Assembly: GCF_009914755.1 (NCBI RefSeq)
Contig: NC_060948.1
Origin: the human T2T-CHM13v2.0 reference genome, Homo sapiens
DNA: 64,000 nt
Direction: 5' to 3' (one strand)
Positions within the stretch are counted from its first letter, which is position 1; every line of letters starts with the position of its first letter. The notes beneath the pieces were generated by a model. It was not told the DNA's origin and did no database searches. It saw only the letters and a list, made by a program, of their open reading frames with translations. The position numbers were made by a program, and so were the translations under genes. This document shows, piece after piece, positions 57,067 to 64,000 of this stretch.

Positions 57067-60000
57067 GAAACGGAATGCAAAGAAATGGAATGGAATAGTA
57101 TGGAATGGAATGGAAAGGAATGGAGTGGAATAGACTAGAGTGGAATGGAATGGACTGGAAAGCAATGGACTGGAATGGAACTTTCTTGAATGGACTGGAA
57201 TCAAACGGAATGGAATGCAATGCAATCAAATGGCATGGAATAAAATAGAATGAAAGAGAATCAAATGGAATTGAATCGAATGGAATCGAATGGATTGGAA
57301 AGGAATAGAATGGAATGGAATGGAATGGACTCAAATGGAATGGACTAGAATGGAATGGATTCGAATGGAAGGCAAAGGAATGGAATCTATTGGAATGGAC
57401 TGTAATGGAATGGAATGGAAGGGATTGGAATGGACTCGAATGGAATGGACTGCAATAGAAAGGATTCGAATGGAATGAAAAAGAATTGAATGGAATAGAA
57501 CAGAATGGAATCAAATCGAATGAAATGGAATGGAATAGAAAGGAATGGAATGAAATGGAATGGAAAGGATTCGAATGGAATGCAATCGAATGGAATGGAA
57601 TCGAACGGAATGGAATAAAATGGAAGAAAACTGGCAAGAAATGGAATCGAAATGAATGGAGTGTTATGGAACGGACTCAAAAGGAATTGAATGTAATAGA
57701 ATGGAGTGGAGTGGACTCGAATATAATGGACTGGAATGGAATGAAATCACATGGAATGGGAACGAATGGAATGGAATGGAAAGGAATGGAATCGAATGGA
57801 AAGGAATCGAATGGAAGGGAATGAAATTGAATCAACAGGAATGGAAGGGAATAGAATAGACGGTAATGGAATGGACTCGAATAGAATGGACACGAATGCT
57901 CAAATTGAATGGACTCGAATGGAATGGAAACGAAAGGAATGTCATCGAATGGAATTGAATCGATTGGAATGAAATCGCATAGAATGGAGTGGAATCAAAT
58001 GGAATTGAATCGAAAGGAAAGGAAGCGAATGGACTGAAATGAAATGGAATGGAATTGAATGGAAAGTAATGCAATGGAATAGAATGGAACGAAATTTCAC
58101 GGAATGGAATCAAACTGAATGGAATCAAATCAATGGAATCAAATCAAATGGAATGGAAAGGAATTGAATGGAGTAGATTGGATTGGATGGGATTGGAATG
58201 AAATGTACTGGAAAGGACTCGAATTTCATGAAACGGAATGGAATGAATTGGAACGGAATGGACTCGAATGGAATGGAATGTCATGGAATGGCATCAAATG
58301 GAACGGCATCAAATGGAATAGAATCGAATGCAATGGAATGCTATGGAATGGAATGGAATGCATTGGAATGGAATGTCCTCTAATGGAATGGATTCGAGTG
58401 GAATGGAATCGAATATAATGGAGTCGAATGAAATGGAATTGAAAGGAATGGGATCGAATACAATGGAATATACTGGAATGTAACGTAATGAACTCGAATG
58501 TAATTGACTGGAATGGAATGTACATGAATGGAATGTAATCGAATGGAAAGTAATCCAATGGAATAGAATCTAATGCAATAAAATCGACTCAGATAGAGTA
58601 GAATGTAATGGAATGGAGTTCAGTGCAATGGAATGGAATGGAATGGAATGCAATTGAATGGAATGGAATGGAATGGAATGGAATGGAATGGGATGGAATG
58701 GTATGGAATGGATAGTAATGGACTGGAGTGAAATGGACTGGAAAGGAATGGACTCAAATTGAAAGGGCTCGAAAGGAATGGAGTCAAATGGAATGGTCTG
58801 GAATGGAATGAACACGAATGTAATGCAATCCAATAGAATGGAATCGAATGGCATGGAATATAAAGAAATGGAATCGAAGAGAATGGAAACAAATGGAATG
58901 GAATTGAATGGAATGGGAACGAATGGAGTGAAATTGTATGCAGTAGAAGGGAATAGAATGGAATGCAAGCGAAAGGAAAGGAATGGATTGGAATGGAATG
59001 GAATTCATTGGAATGGAAGGGAATGTAGTGTAATGGACAGGCCTGGAATAAAGTGGAATGCTACGGTCTCGAATGGAATAAAAATGTATGGAATGGAATG
59101 CAATGAAACGGAATCGAATGTCATAGAATGTAATGGAATGCAAAAAAATGGAATCCAAAATCATTGACTGGAAAGGCTGGGTGTCGAAAGGAATTGACTC
59201 CAATGGAATGGAATCGAATGGAATGGAAGTGAATAGAATCGAACTAAATCGAATGGAATGGAATTGATAGGAACGGAATGGAAAGGAATGCAATGATTTG
59301 GCATGGAATGGAATCGAATGGCATCGAATGGAATGGAATGGAATGCAATGGAATGGAATGTATTAGAATGTAATGAACTTTAATGGAATGTACTCGAATG
59401 GATTCGACTGGAATGGAATGTTCTGGAAGTGAATGGACTCCAATGGAATGGATTCAAAAGGAATGGAATCGTACGGAATGGAATCTAATGGAATGGAATT
59501 AAATGGAAATGAATCAAATTGAATAGCACGGAATTGAATTGAATGGAATGGAATGCAATGGAATCTAATGAAACGGAAAGGAAAGGAATGGAATGGAATG
59601 GAATGGACTGGAATGGAAAGGAATCGAAACGAATGGAATGGAATCGAACTGAAGAGACTGGAATGGAATGCACTGGAATGGAAGGGAGTGTAATGGAAGG
59701 TTCTCGAAAAAAATGGAATCGAATGGAATGGAATTGAATGGAACGGAATAGAGTCGAATGGAATTGAATGGAATGGAATGGACTAGAGTGAAATGGAATC
59801 GAACCACAAGGAATGGACAGGAATAGAATGGTCTCGAATTGAATGGAATCGTATGGAATGGCATCAAACGGAATGGAATGGACAGCCACGGAATGGAATG
59901 CACTCGAATGCAATGGAGTCGAAACTAATGGACTGGAATAGAATGGACTCGACTGGTACGGACTCCAATGGAATGGAATCGAATGGAAGGGAATCGAACG

Positions 60001-60610
60001 GAATGGACTCGAAGGGAAAAGACTGCAATGGAAAGGTCTCGAATGGAATGGAAATTAATGGAATGGAATGGAATCGAATGAAATGGAGTCAAAAGGAATG
60101 GAATCGAATGGCAAGAAATCGAATGTAATGGAATCACAAGGAATTGATGTGAACGGAACGGAATGGAATGGAATCCAAAGGAATGGAATAGAATGGAATG
60201 GAATCGAATGGAAAGGACTCGAATGGAAATCACTCGAATAGAATGCAATTTAATAAAATAGGATCAAATGTAATGGAATGGAATGAAAAGGAATCGAAAC
60301 GAAAGGAATGGAGACAGATGGAATGGAATGGAACAGAGAGCAATGGTATAGAATGGAATGGAATCATCTGGAATGGAATTGAATGGAATGGAATAATATG
60401 AAATGGAATGGAATGGAATGGAATGGAATGCCCTTGAATTAAATGGACTGGAATGGAATGGACTCGAACAGAGTGGAATGGAAAGTGTTGAGATAGAATG
60501 GAATGGACTCCTTTGGAATGGTGTAGTATGCAATGCAATCGACTGGCAGGGAATCAAAAGGAATGTAATCGAATGGATTGGACTGGAATGCAATGGACTC
60601 GAATAGATTG
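57067..60610 (+). repeat. Unit 17 (3544 bp; near copy of unit 12)
   Basis: Landmark spacing 57290 to 60834. Same 15-bp deletion as unit 12. Confidence 0.92.
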
Positions 60611-63600
60611 GAAACGGAATGCAAAGGAATGGAATGGAATAGTATGGAATGGAATGGAAAGGAATGGAGTGGAATAGACTAGAGTGGAATGGAATGGACT
60701 GGAAAGCAATGGACTGGAATGGAACTTTCTTGAATGGACTGGAATCAAACGGAATGGAATGCAATGCAATCAAATGGCATGGAATAAAATAGAATGAAAG
60801 AGAATCAAATGGAATTGAATCGAATGGAATCGAATGGATTGGAAAGGAATAGAATGGAATGGAATGGAATTGACTCAAATGGAATGGACTAGAATGGAAT
60901 GGATTCGAATGGAAGGCAAAGGAATGGAATCTATTGGAATGGACTGTAATGGAATGGAATGGAAGGGATTGGAATGGACTCGAATGGAATGGACTGCAAT
61001 AGAAAGGATTCGAATGGAATGAAAAAGAATTGAATGGAATAGAACAGAATGGAATCAAATCGAATGAAATGGAATGGAATGAAATGGAATGGAAAGGATT
61101 CGAATGGAATGCAATCGAATGGAATGGAATCGAACGGAATGGAATAAAATGGAAGAAAACTGGCAAGAAATGGAATCGAAATGAATGGAGTGTTATGGAA
61201 CGGAGTCAAAAGGAATTGAATGTAATAGAATGGAGTGGAGTGGACTCGAATATAATGGACTGGAATGGAATGAAATCACATGGAATGGGAACGAATGGAA
61301 TGGAATGGAAAGGAATGGAATCGAATGGAAAGGAATCGAATGGAAGGGAATGAAATTGAATCAACAGGAATGGAAGGGAATAGAATAGACGGTAATGGAA
61401 TGGACTCGAATAGAATGGACAGGAATGCTCAAATTGAATGGACTCGAATGGAATGGAAACGAAATGAATGTCATCGAATGGAATTGAATCGATTGGAATG
61501 AAATCATATAGAATGGAGTGGAATCAAATGGAATTGAATCGAAAGGAAAGGAAACAAATGGACTGAAATGAAATGGAATGGAATTGAATGGAAAGTTATG
61601 TAATGGAATAGAATGGAACGAAATTTCACGGAATGGATTCAAACTGAATGGAATCAAATCAATGGAATCAAATCAAATGGAATGGAAAGGAATTGAATGG
61701 AGTAGATTGGATTGGATGGGATTGGAATGAAATGTACTGGAAAGGACTCGAATTTCATGAAACGGAATGGAATGAATTGGAACGGAACGGACTCGAATGG
61801 AATGGAATGTCATGGAATGGCATCAAATGGAATGGCATCAAATGGAATGGAATCGAATGCAATGGAATGCTATGGAATGGAATGGAATGCATTGGAATGG
61901 AATGTCCTCTAATGGAATGGATTCGAGTGGAATGGAATCGAATATAATGGAGTCGAATGAAATGGAATTGAAAGGAATGGGATCGAATACAATGGAATAT
62001 ACTGGAATGTAATGTAATGAACTCGAATGTAATTGACTGGAATGGAATGTACATGAATGGAATGTAATCGAATGGAAAGTAATCCAATGGAATAGAATCT
62101 AATGCAATAAAATCGACTCAGATAGAGTAGAATGCAATGGAATGGAGTGCAGTGCAATGGAATGGAATGGAATGCAATGGAATGGAATGGAATGGAATGG
62201 AATGGAATGGAATGGTGTGGAATGGATAGTAATGGACTGGAGTGAAATGGACTGGAAAGGAATGGACTCAAATTGAAAGGGCTCGAAAGGAATGGAGTCA
62301 AATGGAATGGTCTGGAATGGAATGAACACGAATGTAATGCAATCCAATAGAATGGAATCGAATGGCATGGAATATAAAGAAATGGAATCGAAGAGAATGG
62401 AAACAAATGGAATGGAATTGAGTGGAATCGAATTGAATGGAATGGGAACGAATGGAGTGAAATTGTATGCAGTAGAAGAGAATAGAATGGAATGCAAGCG
62501 AAAGGAAAGGAATGGATTGGAATGGGATGGAATTCATTGGAATGGAAGGGAATGTAGTGTAATGGACAGGCCTGGAATAAAGTGGAATGCTACGGTCTCG
62601 AATGGAATAAAAATGTATGGAATGGAATGCAATGAAACGGAATCGAATGTCATAGAATGTAATGGAATGCAAAAAAATGGAATCCAAAATCATTGACTGG
62701 AAAGGCTGGGTGTCGAAAGGAATTGACTCCAATGGAATGGAATCGAATGGAATGGAAGTGAATAGAATCGAACTAAATCGAATGGAATGGAATTGATAGG
62801 AACGGAATGGAAAGGAATGCAATGATTTGGCATGGAATGGAATCGAATGGCATCGAATGGAATGGAATGGAATGCAATGGAATGGAATGTATTAGAATGT
62901 AATGAACTTTAATGGAATGTACTCGAATGGATTCGACTGGAATGGAATGTTCTGGAAGTGAATGGACTCCAATGGAATGGATTCCAAAGGAATGGAATCG
63001 TATGGAATGGAATCTAATGGAATGGAATTAAATGGAAATGAATCAAATTGAATAGCACGGAATTGAATTGAATGAAATGGAATGCAATGGAATCTAATGA
63101 AACGGAAAGGAAAGGAATGGAATGGAATGGAATGGGCTGGAATGGAAAGGAATCGAAACGAATGGAATGGAATCGAACTGAAGAGACTGGAATGGAATGC
63201 ACTGGAATGGAAGGGAGTGTAATGGAAGGTTCTCGAAAAAAATGGAATCGAATGGAATGGAATTGAATGGAAAGGAATAGAGTCGAATGAAATTGAATGG
63301 AATGGAATGGACTAGAGTGAAATGGAATCGAACCACAAGGAATGGACAGGAATAGAATGGTCTCGAATTGAATGGAATCGTATGGAATGGCATCAAACGG
63401 AATGGAATGGACAGCCACGGAATGGAATGCACTCGAATGCAATGGAGTCGAAACTAATGGACTGGAATAGAATGGACTCGACTGGTACGGACTCCAATGG
63501 AATGGAATCGAATGGAAGGGAATGGAACGGAATGGACTCGAAGGGAAAAGACTGCAATGGAAAGGTCTCGAATGGAATGGAAATTAATGGAATGGAATGG

Positions 63601-64000
63601 AATCGAATGAAATGGAGTCAAAAGGAATGGAATCGAATGGCAAGAAATCGAATGTAATGGAATCGCAAGGAATTGATGTGAACGGAACGGAATGGAATGG
63701 AATCCAAAGGAATGGAATAGAATGGAATGGAATCGAATGGAAAGGACTCGAATGGAAATCACTCGAATAGAATGCAATTTAATAAAATAGGATCAAATGG
63801 AATGGAATGGAATGGAAAGGAATCGAAACGAAAGGAATGGAGACAGATGGAATGGAATGGAACAGAGAGCAATGCTATAGAATGGAATGGAATCATCTGG
63901 AATGGAATTGAATGGAATGGAATAATATGAAATGGAATGGAATGGAATGGAATGGAATGCCCTTGAATTAAATGGACTGGAATGGAATGGACTCCAACAG
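60611..64000 (+). repeat. Unit 18 (partial, cut by the window end; near copy of unit 13)
   Basis: Same 15-bp deletion and substitution cluster as unit 13. Confidence 0.92.

Larger units (their letters stand above)
1..64000 (+). repeat. DYZ1: Human Satellite III (GGAAT)n array with ~3.56-kb units, DYZ1 / HSat3A6 type (Yq12 heterochromatin)
   Basis: Diverged GGAAT pentamers (GGACT, CGAAT, GCAAT, TGAAT etc.) fill the window. Unique landmarks recur every ~3.56 kb: AGGCCT has GGCC at 1994, 5553, 9122, 12691, 16259, 19828, 23406, 26955, 30524, 34093, 37656, 41215, 44749, 48323, 51902, 55481, 59040, 62569. A 3564-bp unit with single EcoRI and HaeIII sites is the known DYZ1 signature. The chromosome assignment rests on that knowledge, not on a search. 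Confidence 0.95.
38286..64000 (+). repeat. Dispersed duplication of ~7.9 kb: 38286 to ~46180 is repeated at 56111-64000 (offset 17825, then 17820)
   Basis: Both copies carry one 15-bp insertion, two 15-bp deletions, the CATCT replacement and the nine-substitution cluster. Confidence 0.88.

Noticed and set aside
224-63930. Hundreds of ORFs of 61-361 aa (MEWNG-rich on +, FHSIP-rich on -), including 300-361 aa minus-strand ORFs
   Set aside because: (GGAAT)n has no stop codons in any frame, so these are the expected translations of the pentamer. They show no domains and open or close with random variants and tract-length changes.
1-64000. CRISPR-like or repeat-spacer array
   Set aside because: There are no unique spacers between constant repeats and no cas genes. 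All variation is point divergence of a 5-mer that repeats every ~3.56 kb.
1-64000. Embedded Alu, L1 or DYZ2 (HSat1B) block, inversion, or foreign insert
   Set aside because: Landmark spacings stay within 3529-3594 bp, leaving no room for an insertion. The + strand is GGAAT-oriented throughout.
1-64000. Telomeric repeat, alpha satellite with CENP-B boxes, or HSATII
   Set aside because: There is no TTAGGG run, no 171-bp monomer and no HSATII-type ~26-bp unit with GATGAT/ATCATC. The pattern is HSat3.

Overview
The whole 64 kb window is one uninterrupted, single-orientation array of human Satellite III, made of diverged (GGAAT)n pentamers with the purine-rich strand on +. It is organised as head-to-tail units of about 3.56 kb: 17 complete units of 3534-3594 bp and one partial unit. 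The 3564-bp first unit, with one EcoRI and one HaeIII site per typical unit, matches the classic DYZ1 (HSat3A6) repeat of Yq12 heterochromatin. I find no protein-coding genes, RNA genes, transposons, CRISPR arrays or inversions; all listed ORFs are translation artefacts of the pentamer. I cannot support a new gene-encoded system. The notable signals are: three perfect heat-shock elements (nGAAnnTTCnnGAAn) per unit; a near-perfect 7137-bp two-unit tandem duplication; a dispersed duplication at 17,825 bp; mosaic units; a dense cluster of substitutions; a hypervariable (GGAAT)n tract; and indels that come in steps of 5 or 15 bp. All comparisons were made by eye and need alignment to confirm.
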